DNA of 63,340 nucleotides, filler included, from Guillardia theta CCMP2712 (Eukaryota > Protista > Cryptophyta): assembly GCF_000315625.1 (NCBI RefSeq). It is 7 parts of 7 records of this genome, joined end to end, with 100 filler letters (N's around TTAATTAATTAA, not from the genome) between each part and the next. Parts side by side here need not be neighbours in the genome. Positions count along the whole stretch, not along the records: positions 1 to 12,243 come from NW_005434341.1; 6 more parts are not named here. One strand, written 5' to 3'. A program made the position numbers and the translations under genes. The notes under the pieces are model-generated. The model was not told the origin of the DNA and searched no databases. It worked only from the letters and a program-made list of their open reading frames with translations. Below are positions 1 through 12,343 of the stretch, in pieces (the stretch's first letter is position 1; each line of letters opens with the position of its first letter).

Positions 1-131
1 TGCCTCCTCCTCCTCCTCCTCCTCCCTGTCCCCTGCCGCCGCCTCCTCCTCTTCCTCCCTGTCCCCTGCCTCCTCCTCCTCCACCCCTGCCTCCTCCTCC
101 TCCTGTGCTTCTCTTTTTCAACTTCCCGCAG

Positions 132-550
132 GTGTTGGTGTCGGTCCCTTCACAGACCTCCGCAACATCCACGAGACTGACGACGTTCTCAGAGGTTTGC
201 TCACTCCCGTCCTCTCCTCCTCCCTTCTATTACCCCACCCCCCAACACAACCCGGCGCTCGTGCCTTCGCTCCCCTACCCCTTTCCCCCTCCCCTCCCTT
301 CCTGCTTCTTTCCCCTGATCTCGTTTGCTGCCTCTCCTCTCTCCCCCGTCTCTCATCCTCCTCTCCTTCCCCGTCTCTCCTCTCCTCCCCTTTCCCCCGT
401 CTCTCCTCTCCTTCTCTTTCAGGCATCGGCATAGATCGCGCGGCTCTCGCTGACCTGCTGCTGCCTGGGATCGACGGAGCTCGTCCTCGTCCTCCCAGGA
501 CCACACAGAAGGAGAAGGTCCATGATGGGTTCAGCTCAGATGACGAATGA
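132..550 (+). CDS. 3' exons of an unknown gene (exons about 132-194 and 423-550)
   Basis: AG/GT-bounded exons joined across a CT-rich intron read GVGVGPFTDLRNIHETDDVLR-GIGIDRAALADLLLPG...FSSDDE*; no family recognised. Confidence 0.5.
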
Positions 551-1234
551 TGAAGAGAAAAGTTCTCCAGTCATCTACTCTCCTCTCTTCTCTCCTCCTC
601 AAGTCAGACACGTCTCTCCCCTCCCCTCTCCTTGCTCTCTACGTCCTCTTCCTGTTGTTCTCTTCTCTTCAAGTTGATCTTGTAACTTTTGTAACAATTC
701 GTTCTTACTTCACAATCAGCCAATAACAGTGCTGTAAACATACTCTACATCCTCCTCTTCTTCTCAGCCTGCCCTTTAGACCCGTCAACAATTACAACAT
801 GGACATCCTCCTCCTCCTCCTCCTCCTCCTCCTCCTTCACTCTCTTCCTTGTTTACATCTTCTCACACGGACATGACGTGTTCCTGTTCCACATGCTGCG
901 GGTCGTCCCACAACCACTGTAGGCGAGGACAGTGAGACGAGTAGGAAGACAACTATAATACCTCCAGCGTCTCGTTGATCATCGCCAATTGTCGCTCCTC
1001 CTCTTCCATGTCCTCCTCCGATCTCTCCTGTACAAAACTTCACCATCTTCGCCTCCCCTCCCCTCCCTTGCCCTATCCACTCCACTAAACTCCACTCTTT
1101 TCCTCTGCTCTGCTCTGCTCTGCTCTCCTTTTCACCTCGAAGTCATATCCATCGTACTCGTCTGCTTCGTCCTGCTCAATCTCCACAGGATCCTCAACCA
1201 GGCTGGCGAGCAGCTGCAAGTCGCTTTAGCATCA

Positions 1235-2851
1235 TCACAGGAGGAGAGGGAGCGTGACCTCTCCGATGCTGAACGCACTCCTTCCTGCTTCCTCGCCCTC
1301 TTTGTTCGCTCCTCTCTCTTGCCAACAACTCGAGTTCGACTCTTCGACGATGAACTGAAGGTTCACAGCGATGTCTTCACCCTCGTTGCGTGACGTGTTG
1401 AGAGATGCTGACGTGTCAGTATCGACCATGAGGCTGGTGTCGGACTGCAAACGACAAAGTCAAGGACTCGCAGGAGCTTCCAACTTGCTCATACATCCTC
1501 GGTGAACACAATTTCTGCTCCCGTGATGTCCCTGTCTCGGTCAATCGCTTCCTGCAACGATGCAAGCGCCGTCTCTGTCCACTTGTGATCCTGTTTCAAT
1601 GTGTCAGTCGTTCTGTCAGCACGAAGATTCCTTTGCCTCTTACCTTGCCGAGAGTGTCTCGGTTGATATTGTATGCAACCTCATAGAAACCTGCGAGGTT
1701 GTAAGAAGTGTTCCCTTCAACCATCACAGCTCTACTGATTGCTCTTCGATACTTCCCAGCCGCACACATAACATTTGCAATGTTGAAAGTGGGAACAGCA
1801 AGATCAGGGTGGTGAGATCCGAACTGCATTGCAAAGTTCAGAGAAACTTATATACAAGTTCAAAGTCACCTTCTCCATGATAAGGTGACAAGCAGATTCG
1901 TAGTAGTGCATGGCTTCTTTATATTTCATCTGATAGTAGTAACACAACCCCAGGTCTTGCAGCGTCGTAGCATTCATCTCATCGTCGCCCACCCTCGCGA
2001 AGATTTCGTTGGATTTCTTTACAGCAATTCGATCAGTGATCAACAAGGTCATTGCAACGAGACAAGAAACTTACCTGCAGGGCATCAGTCGCATGCTTGA
2101 AGAACGGAATCGCATGCGCTCCACTCGCATACTCCGCACAATGATATCCCAGCACATGCAACGCGCAGGCGACAGGCGACGACTGCATCCCACAAGCTTG
2201 CATCCGTATCCTCAGGCACTCCCTCGCATATCCTATTCCCCTCAGCGCTGCGAGATACCTCTCTCGCGCTGTCTGGCAGGCAGATACCGAGCCGCGTAGC
2301 ATATCGGCCAAGTTGTGGAGGGTGCTTGCAACCTCGGGGGACGAAGGGCCTTGAATTATCTTGTCAAGCACAAGAGCATCGTTGAGCATCTCTTCTGCCT
2401 CCGCGTATCTTCCGATCTGAGTAAAAAGCGTCCCACAGAGTTTCTGCAAGGTAGAGACAATAGGTGGAGGGACCGTTGAAGCTTTTAGGCATGCGATTTC
2501 TCTCTGGAAAGCCTTTACTGCTCTATCGTATCCCCCCGATGCCCTCAAGAATAACCACAACTGAACCCTCCGCGAGGCTCTCAAGAGACAAGCCATCCGC
2601 TTTGGCTCTGACAGACATTTCCTCGCTACCGTTTCTATCCTGCAAGCCGATCGAAAGGCATTGCACGATAGCTTGAGATTGTTCAAAACTCGCAAACAGT
2701 CGGAATTGGGATTCTCTGATTGACTCGAAGCATTCACCGCGTCACTTTGTAAGCAAATCTTGCAATCATCACCTGTCTCGACAACAGCAAAGAATACAAT
2801 GTTCTCCAGCACATCGTTGGGCAGCCATGGAAGATTTCGAGTTTTGAGCAT
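1235..2851 (-). CDS. Multi-exon TPR protein (kinesin-light-chain-type TPRs) with possible N-terminal F-box-like motif; 3' end approximate
   Basis: ORF 2033-2899 has TLFTQIGRYAEAEEMLNDAL and VASTLHNLADML; a GTAAG...AG intron joins to ATTLQDLGLCYYYQMKYKEAMHYYE and TSYNLAGFY; N-terminal LPWLPNDVLENIVFF resembles an F-box start. Confidence 0.7.
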
Positions 2852-3544
2852 CTTCAACTTTATCTTTGAGCTAGTGCTGAAGGTCCAGGGATCAATCAAC
2901 TGCCTTGCAGCTGCTTGTGATCCTTGGATTCAAGATAAAAAAATATGCAAAGAATTAAATGATCCGATCGGAGGAACTGACCAGATTTCAGTTTTCAAAC
3001 ATACTGCAAACAACAAGTATCAGGTACTGCTGCAGACAACTTAGTTTTCATTTCAATCAAATGGTTTGGTGGCTCTCAGAACAATATCAAGAGATTGAGA
3101 CCAAGGTAGTATCATTTACAAGCACTCTGAAATTCCCTACTACCCTCCTGATATAAACGCTTCAAGTTCCTGCAACTCAGTCCCAAAGCATCAGGTCCTG
3201 AACTTTCGATCTTTGAACAGGAGAAAATAAGCAAAACGAAAGCTTAGAGCAAGTAACATCATCCCATCGGTCCATTTCTACTTTCTCGTCAACTTTCGTT
3301 TCACTTTTCCCTCACCTCCTCGTCCTGACTGGCCTTTTCTCGAAGCCATTGCGTTTGTTTCCCTCCTCTGTCTAAATGAGGTATTACATCCTTAGTCTCG
3401 ATTCTCTTCCTTCCGTGTCCCTATCTTGTCATCTCATTCCCTCTCCTCCTCTCTCCTCTCCTCCTCTCTCCTCTCCTCCTCTCGTCTCTTTCCCTCCCCA
3501 CCATCTTTCATATCATTGCATTGCACACAAAACAGAACAACTTC

Positions 3545-6135
3545 AACCCAGCAAGTACCACCCTACCCCGGATTCAACCACCCCACATTTGCTTAAAAAT
3601 TCATTTTTAATTTTTAGTACCCCTCCATTGAAGCTACCCACCCGTACATTTGCCCTTACATTATCAATTAATTCACCCTACCCCAGATATCAATATACTA
3701 ACTCCCACCCACCTTTTTTCACACATTATCCTGAGCCATCAACTACCCACCCATTTCCTTTCTGACCCCTGTTGACCTGGTTTCCCCGAAATTATGATGA
3801 CCCTACCCACTCAGCCCCTTCTCTACCCCCTGACTTTTCGATTTGTACCCCTGGTTTTTCCATTTATCACCCCTCCTTATCCCACTTTGGTACATGGCGC
3901 ATGGCCCCCTGTGCCAGTAGTGATGACCCCACCCGTCACCGTTTGCCTGACCGACCCCTGGATGGGGGTCATTTAATCACCACCCCTTTCTTTCCCTTTA
4001 ACTACCCCCTCCTCCTACACCATGCGCCTGCTTACAAAGTACCCCCACCCTTCATCTCCCCTTGAAAAGACTCCCAGCGGCGGGCCCGGTGGCACGTTCG
4101 GGTCCGAAGTTCCGGCGGCGAGTCGGCGGCCCGGCCGGGTCCGGGCCGGCCAGGCCCGACCGGCCTGAATTCACTGACTTAGATTCAGTGAACGGCGGCA
4201 GCTTCCAAGGCAGAATTGACATGTTGAAACTTGGCCAGTGTGCAGCCGCCACCGTGTGCGCCGCCGTGATTCATCGTGACGGGCGGCCGGTCGTCCTAGA
4301 GCATGACGTGACTGTCGCAAAGTTTGACCTCGCCGGAGGGGCCCGGGCCGCCGGGCCCGCCGGGTCTCGAAGGGGCCGCGGCCCTGGCTGATTACCTCTG
4401 GCCGGCGGCCCAGCATGAAAACCGTTCCGACGGTGCGGGCCCGCTGAATTCAATGCGACTGAACCGTATGCCACTGTGACATATTGAACGGGAATAGAGG
4501 GGGTAGGGGGTTAAAATAGGGTAGTTTGGAACATTTCCGTGGGGGTACCTCATACCATGATGCGGTAGGGGTAGTCTGCGAGATGAAGCCAGTAGCATCG
4601 GATGGCCTGTCAATTCTGAGAAAGGACATGGTGGGGTGGGTGATTTTGCAGGGTAGGGGTGTTGGAATTTTCGGCAGAACCGGTAAATATACCCTCTATA
4701 GCACGGGTAGTTGAATATTTTTTGGGGGTAGAATTGTATTCGAGGGGGTGGAGTCGTCAGAGGGAAAGGGTCTATCCGGTGTTGTCCGGGTGGGGTAGTT
4801 TATTGGTCCCAATAGACACGGGGATATCTCGCAGGGGTCATTCAATCGTATGGAAACAGGGGTGGGGGTGATTTTTAGCTGGTCCTATTGAATGCGGGTG
4901 GTGGGGTGGTCTGTGTCCTATACTATGTGGGAACTGGGTAATGACATTCCAGGAATAGTGTGGTGGGGGTCATCTGGCCTTTATATAAAGTGGGTAGGGT
5001 GGCCTTGAAATATTGTAGCATGAAGGGGTAGTGAGAAACAAAGTGAGGTGGGGGGTTGAACATTTTTTTGGGCGTGATAGCTCATATCCAAGGGAGAGAA
5101 AACTATAAGTGCTCACATCATAAAATACCTGAAGATCCGTACTATAAGCCATATATGCTGGAAATTCTCATCTTTTGGCTTCTGGACCCGTGGACTGGAG
5201 GACTCTCGATTCTTAGACGTTCAGGGTGGGGTTCATTGATTGCAGGTGTTAGCAAATAACAAGGTAGGTGGTGTGTTTTTCTCTTTTGGCGGGGTACTCT
5301 TTCGATATTTTGGGGTGGAGAGATTGTTGCACGGGTACTGATAATTGGAAGGTGATGTCAAGAGTAGTTGAATCATGGATAGCGCTTTGAACATAGCAGC
5401 GTAATCGAAGAATAGAAATCTTCCATCAGATAGGAGATTGTCAGCGGCACAAGGAGGGGTATTGGTGTTTTACTCGACTCCAGCCTGGTGGGTCATCTGT
5501 TGAGCGAAGTTGGGGTTGGGTAGTAAAGTCCTCTGGAGTATTTTCCAGAGGGGGTGGGTACTCCTTTGTGTGTGGTGGGTCTGCAATTAAAATTGGAACC
5601 TTTATGGGGGTGGGTGAGACAGGACTGGATGATTTGAGTACGTGGGTAGTCACATAGATCCAAGAAAGGGGGTGGGGGTGGGGTAATCTTCGTCAAATTT
5701 TGGAGGTATGGGAAATGCAGCAGGTGGGTGGACTTGGTTTCTGGGAGGGTGTACGTGTCAAGGGGTAGGGTGTTCGATCAGTAGCAGAAAATTCCTTGGT
5801 GGGTGGTGTTCATTGATAGGGTTTCCTGTCGGAGGAGGGTAATTGGAGGGGTGGGGTGCTCCATGGAAGAGCAGCGTAAGCCCATGAGGTCAGGATCACT
5901 GATATCACCCGTACCAGGTACATGTAAAAGTTGGGTTATCGTCACTACCGGATCCTGATTTCGTGGAAATTGGGGATAGGGGTAATCAGCAATGCTTCTA
6001 TGACGGGGTGGATCAATTTCAAAGGGGGTGGAGGATAAAATAGAGTGAAATTGGGGGTGCTCGGTATAAGATTAGGGGTAGGGGTCAATGTTGGACAGAT
6101 AGGTGGTGGGGGTGTGATGGACAAGGGGGAGGGTC
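3545..6135. other. Intergenic block: C-rich arm, GC-rich motif core, G-rich arm
   Basis: CCCTACCCC/CCACCC-type motifs at 3545-4062; CCGG/GGCC/GTGAC-rich core at about 4075-4480; GGGGTAGGGG/GGGTGGGG-type motifs at 4495-6135. Confidence 0.7.
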
Positions 6136-6946
6136 CACCACGTCCGGCCCCTTGCGCGATGAGGGCTAGAGCAATGCTAGCCGCGCGGCATACTCCTGCT
6201 TCTGCTTCTGCTTCTGCTGCTTCTGCTTCTGCTGCCCCTCCTGCTAATCCTGTCCTACTTGATCAACCTCCTGCTTTCCACGACCTACTTGCTTGTACTT
6301 GTGCTCAAGATGCTTCAGACCCATATGCCTCTTTGATGCCCGTCTTGCTCGTTGTTGCGGCGGGCTGCCCCTTGTGCACTGATTTAGTTGCTTTTCGATC
6401 TCAACTCTTCCTTCCCGCATGGGGCTTTTTCTGATTGACCTCTTTCTCCACATCTTGCACTCTCCCCGTGCCTGTCCCATCTCTGGTTGCCGTCACGATG
6501 TGTGCCCGGTACTGGTTCACTGTATGCCCTTCCTCCTCTTCTCGAATTGCTGTGGCTACACACCATCTTTTCCGTCCCTTTACTCATCTTCATCGTATTT
6601 CTTTGACTTGCTGGTGTATCTTGCTGGTTGCTTCCGGTTCTTGGCACCATATTTCTGGCCTTCTTCCTATTCCCTCGTTTCTGATGCCCATTTTATTCTC
6701 AAATCTCTGGAAGAGGAGGGAGGAGCGGGTAGGGGAAAGAAAACAATTCATTCAATGAGCTGATTATTCCGAAAGGAATGTCTTTTGATTCGTGCTTGGC
6801 CTCTGATGCTTTCTTTTGTTTGGGCCAGACTTACAGAAGCTGTTGAAATGAAGTCCAGCAAAGCATGACAGGCTTTGCTTCGCTGCGAGTGAGAGGGATG
6901 AGGTGCTCTTGCTGCTGAAACAGCATTTCCTTGGAGGTTCAGCAGG

Positions 6947-9900
6947 ATGTTGACTCAGGAGGATGTCACGATAAGAAACACTCCGCCCACGAACCCCATT
7001 GCAGTGAACAAGCTGAGTAGCAGTTCTGGTACAAGTGATGCGTCCAGTCCCTCGGTGGAATCCCCGGGGCTCACTGACGGCGAAGAGTTCGATGAGAACG
7101 CAGAATATTGGTTGCTCTGTGCTGTGGTATGCTCAGGAAAGAACCTCTTTGTTGGGGATGAGCAGCTCGGGGATTTGTTCTGTATGCTCCATACGTCAGA
7201 TGGAGTATGCAGATCCAGAACGGTGACACATGTTTGTTTCGATCCTTGCAATGATTGACTTGCTCCTACAGGCGGTAACTGGAATGGTTTACAGTAACGC
7301 GAACCCTGTCTGGCCTTCCAATGGGAACGGCAACGCGTTTGTTTTGCCTGTGAGAAGGTCGAAAAGACAAACAGACCTCGTGATAACTATCTGGGACGGG
7401 AGCGAGAGTCTGGAAGAAGCCATTCCCGTGGGAAAAGTGCACATCAACCTCAAAGATTTCATGCAATTCCCGTCAGTCCCCAACGGTCATGCTCAGAGGG
7501 ATTCTGCTCCCCCACGTACTGAGACTGCTATGCTGCTGTTTGACGTTACTGATTCTGTTCTTTCAGGGTACGAATTTAAGGTAGAGTTGGTCCCTAGATT
7601 GGCTTCCATTAAGAAGGCGGATCCTAGCGTGACAGGCAAGCGTCCTGGGCTGGATGAGCCATTTCTAATTTTTTTGAATTCAGTCATGTTGGAGCGAGCT
7701 TCTCATGTTTTTGAAGGAGATGGGGCCAAGGATCAAGCTCTACATGATTTGGTAAATGGAGAAAGATTCCGGTGCCTTGAACCTGACAGTCTTCACAGTT
7801 GAGAAGGCTGGGAATCTCTCGAAGGAAAGACCGACTGAAACGCCTGATGCAGTGGGACAGAGAGTATCCAGGGCATGTACGTCCTGACGCTTCTTCTTGG
7901 TGTAATAAGCTGACGATTCTGTTGTGGTAGGGTATGAGCAAATCCTCCTCACAAACTCGCGATTACTCCCTGGTTGCGTTGCTCACTGACGAAAACTCTA
8001 CTCCATCTCACGACCAATACTGGATTGGGGGCAACCCCCCTAAGAAAGACCCGGAGGTCAATGATACTGACCAGACCCCCAACGGTGAGATGCTGGAGAG
8101 CAACCAAGGGGTCGAAGGGATGCTGGAGAAGCTTGCAAACGGAAATGGCAACAGTAGACTGGTTTCCGTCCCTGTCCGGGCACAGGCCGAGTTGCTCTCA
8201 AGAATCAAGCACGTCTCGTTGCAAGATGGCAACATCGTCATGGCCAAAGGTCGGATAATTCAGCATGCTCGAATGTGTGATCATGACACTCTCCGATGCG
8301 ATCAGGTACCAGCCCGACAAGTTTCTTCTACATTGTCAAGGGCGCATGCCTTGTCACCGTGGATGGGGAGGAAGTCAGCCGAATCGACGAAGGACAGTTT
8401 CTCGGTGCCTTGATACCACGATTCTTTCCTGCTTTGGTGGATAATACTCTTTCAAAGGTGAAATCGGAGTCATCTATGACAGTGCAAGAATTGCTGATGT
8501 ACTGCTGTGCCTACTCTTGTGTGTAAAAATCATATTAACTCGAAGTGCAGGTCAGAGCTGTTGGCGATACGGAATTGCTAGTGCTGAGTGGGGACGATCT
8601 TTGGCTTGCGATCGATATGTTTCCGGGTCTTTTCAGTGAGCTGACAAAAGTGGCAGAGATGAGGTCTGATTTGTATTGGGGTGTGGTTCATGCTTACTTC
8701 CTCAACAGGTTCGAACATGTGCAATCCCGCAAGGACTGGGGAGTCGACAAAGCAAATGTCGATATCAGCCCTGGCCCCTTGAAGGAGTTCTTGTTCTTCC
8801 TCAAGGAGATCGCTGCTGACATCAGCAAGAACAACAGCCAGAAGTCCAAGGCAAGCAACGGTATCAACATAAAGGAAGGACAAGTCATGGACGAGTTTTC
8901 GACCAGCGTCGAAGAATCTGTTAGAAAGAGTGATTATGAGGAACCCGACGTGACCGTATCGATGCCACCACTCATCGATGCTCAGCTCGATGAACAAGCT
9001 CTTTCGGCACGACTCAAGAGCATGGAGCAATCAGGAGCTTTCGGCCCCGTGACCAAGGCAGAAAAGAACAAGGGAATCAGGATACCGAAGCACCTCAAGG
9101 AAGGGCACTACAACACCCATGGCAGCTCGTTGAGAGGAGCAGTCATGCCGATGCTCGGATCGTTAGAGTATGCGAGGAAGGCAGGAGGGATGACGAGCTT
9201 TCTGTCTCCTCAGGGGAGCCGATGGGACCACATGTCTTCTAGCGACAGTGAAGGCAGTGAGAGCGGGAGTCCCGAGAGCGTCGACGGGTCTGAGACGAAC
9301 AACACGACGGTAGGAAGTGACTTGATGTGCGAGAGTTTCTGACGTCAGCGCGCGACAGGGGCCCAGCAGCTATGGCACGAGTGAGGGAGACGGAGATTTC
9401 ATCTCAGGAAGCTACACAGGAGAGTACAAGGAGTATCGACACGACTCGGAGAGCTCGGCTGAGAAGACGGCAATTGCTCACTCGGTCTCAAGTGCGGAAG
9501 GCCCCGATCGCGACAAGCCCAGGGCCGTGAAGCAGCAGAAGAGGAAGCCACGGCCCCGGAAGACCATCTTTCGCATCCGCTTCAGGAAACTGCACGACAC
9601 CTACACTGCTGAAGAACTCGGAGCAACTCCGAGGCGACTTTGGCGTCTGTCAGTGTCGGGTGTTTACGTCCAGTCCCTCAAGGTACTTGTGAAGCATTGA
9701 GGTCCCATGACTCTCCGTCTGAATGTTTTGCAGGAGTACGACATCAACGCTTACTACCTGCTGGAGGGCAGATACTGCCAGGACGGCAACGCTTTGATCA
9801 AGTCTGACGTCACCAGGGGCGACAAGTCGCAGCAGGAGGTCAGCTGGCCAAAGCATGTCACGATCGATCTCGAGGAAGAGTCTCTGCTTCCCAACAAGCA

Positions 9901-11491
9901 GCTTCGCTTCTCGGTGCATCAGAAGAGGCAGTTGTGGAGCGACAAGGTTGTGGGGTATGCGCTGGCCGACATCAGCGAAGCCATGAAGCGGCCAGGGGTC
10001 GCCATGCAGAGCACGTACCAGCTCTTCAAGGACAAGGTGAAGGCTGAATTCAAGCCCGAGGAAGAAGCGGCGCAGGACCAGGCAAGCAGCGCGTCCGACC
10101 TTGCCAACGGCGCTGGGCTCGTGCGAAGTCTGTCCGGTGGAAACTTGTTTGGGAGAATCCGCCGTCAGGCTGTGGACGCGAATGAGGAGGACGAGCAGAA
10201 CAAGGGGCGCGTCAAGGGGACAGTGACGTTGACCCTCGTTGCTCAAGACTCTGTTAAGCTGCCTTTCTGCCTCTCAGTCCCTCCACTGTGTACAGGACAA
10301 GCGATGTATGATGTAAGTTGATGGAAGAGGTGGGAGGAAGCGTCTGACTGTCCGTGTGCAGATTTTAGATCATGTGGGAAACAAGGTGGCGATGGTGAGT
10401 CACTCTCCAGTGAACCTGGACGCTGACACCTTGTGGCAGCTTCAGTACATCGGGCGGTCGAGATGCGCCTGGTGCACCAACGTGGACCCGTCGGACGCGT
10501 TCTACTCAGGGTTTCACGACGGAGACAAGGGGCCCCAGGTCGAGCCGTGCTGCAGTGCCTGCACCATGAAAGGATGGTCGGAGTGTGTGATCATGTGGGA
10601 CAAGGACGGTGAGGGACTGACTTGCACTCTGGGCGACGCTGAGCTGCTGTGGGTTAGGGGAAGTGAGACTGGGTAGCATCTTCACCGAGGTGACCCCGAG
10701 GAAGCATGCACGCGCACGCATCTGCGACCAGAACGAGACTCACTTCGCGTCTGTGAGGTGAGGAGATGCCGAGGGCCAGCCTTCCTGTCTCCCTGCGGCC
10801 TCTCTCTCCTTCCCTGTCTTGTTTTCTCCTTGCACTTGCCCTGGACTTGTAAACCTCTTCTCCTTCATCCTCCTCCTCCCGTGTTGTCCCTCATGTTCTC
10901 ACCACTCGTCTTCAGGGCTGTCTGCTCCACAAAGCCTGAGATTTGCACGAGCGTCAAGTTCAAGATCGTCCCGACGTTCTCGGAGCTCTCGATCAAGGCA
11001 ACGGGCAGCATCATCACGGGCAAGACTTGCTCCAGCTCCTTCCAGGCACCCCCCCATCCTGTCCTGCCGCCGCCCTCCAGCTGACATTGAGCGTCAGGTG
11101 TCGATCAGGAAACAGGACGAACATCACGAGCGAACGTCGTCGCACGAGGAGCACAGGAAGAGATCGGTACGACTCCTCTCCCTCCCTCCCTCCCTCCCTC
11201 CCTCCCTCCCTCCCTCCCTCCCTCCCTCCCTCTTTCATTGCTCTCGCCTTCCTGTCCTCCACTCATGTGGCTCTTGTGCAGAACCTGCGAGGAGGCGACG
11301 TGGTGGCAGACATCAACAGAGGAGGGATCAGGGACCCAGCCAACGTGCTAGTCCAGCCAGGAAAGGATGCCGTACGATCGGTGCTCATTGCGATCGGCAT
11401 CGACGAGGCCTGTCGGCTGAGACCCAAGTCGGTTTACGATGGTGTGACGTTCAAAGACAAGTTTGACAAGGAATACGACAGGGAGGAAGAG
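6947..11491 (+). CDS. Multi-exon protein with C2-like, cyclic-nucleotide-binding, second C2-like and C-terminal LURP-one/Tubby-like domains; boundaries approximate, could be two genes
   Basis: Spliced cNMP motif FFYIVKGACLVTVDGEEVSRIDEGQFL-GEIGVIYDSARIAD-VRAVGDTELLVL; C2-like LVITIWDGSESLEEAIPVGKVHINL and LRFSVHQKRQLWSDKVVGYALADI; VADINRGG...VLVQPGKDAVRSVLIAIGIDE resembles a LOR/Tubby C-terminus. Confidence 0.65.
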
Positions 11492-12243
11492 GTATTGCCT
11501 GCCGCTCCCCTTCCCACCCTCCTCTCTTCTCCCTCTTCCCCCTTCTTGTCTTCAACCCTCTTCTTTCCCTCTCCCTCCCGCTCCTCGTCTCCCTCCTCCC
11601 CTCCTCCTCTCTTGTCCCTCCCCTCGTCTTCTTCTCATGCTCCTACTGACACTCGTGCTCTAGCTCCCCGAGGCATCCGGCGACAAGCCTCTTGTCGCCC
11701 CCTTCCTGAATTAGAGAAGATGCGTGGAAAGAGCCAGACAGGAGGAGCAGAGGGGACGGGGGGGAGCGAACGAATGAGGGAGAAGGGGAGGAGGCGGAGG
11801 CTTCCGGCAACGTGTACGCTAGAGCATCTTGTACTTTAGTGGGGCTGGTGTGATATAGGAGGATATGGGAGGGCCTATGGTCCTGCCATGCGGGTAAATA
11901 AAACATACTATCTTCATCTCCTCCTCGTTCATCTTCTCCTCCTTCCAGTCCTCGTCTCCCTCTCCCTCTCCCTCTTCCTCCCTCCCTTCTTCTTGGTCCT
12001 TGGCTTCTCCTTTCTCCCCGTCTTCTTCTTCACCTTCGTCCTCTCCCTTCACTTCCCCCCCCTCCCCCTCTCTCTGCACAGCATGTTTCACCCTAAAGCT
12101 CGTCAGGCCCGCTGTCGGTCTCCTGCGAAGGTTCCTCCTCCTTGGAGCCTCCGCCACCCTGAGGAGAAACTTGAGGGAGGGAAAAGAGGAGGAGAGGAGG
12201 CAGGGAGTGGAGCGGGTGAGATAGGATGAAGATGGGGGTGGGG

Positions 12244-12343
12244 NNNNNNNNNNNNNNNNNNNNNNNNNNNNNNNNNNNNNNNNNNNNTTAATTAATTAAN
12301 NNNNNNNNNNNNNNNNNNNNNNNNNNNNNNNNNNNNNNNNNNN
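12244..12343. other. Artificial contig linker N44-TTAATTAATTAA-N44 (also at 19386-19485, 24125-24224, 31210-31309, 40548-40647, 47383-47482)
   Basis: Identical 100-nt spacer with stops in all six frames, present six times. Confidence 0.97.

Noticed and set aside
12288-12299. Repeated TTAATTAATTAA as a biological motif or transposon target site
   Set aside because: Always centred in 44+44 Ns, so it is an artificial six-frame-stop linker. Adjacency across linkers is not evidence of linkage.
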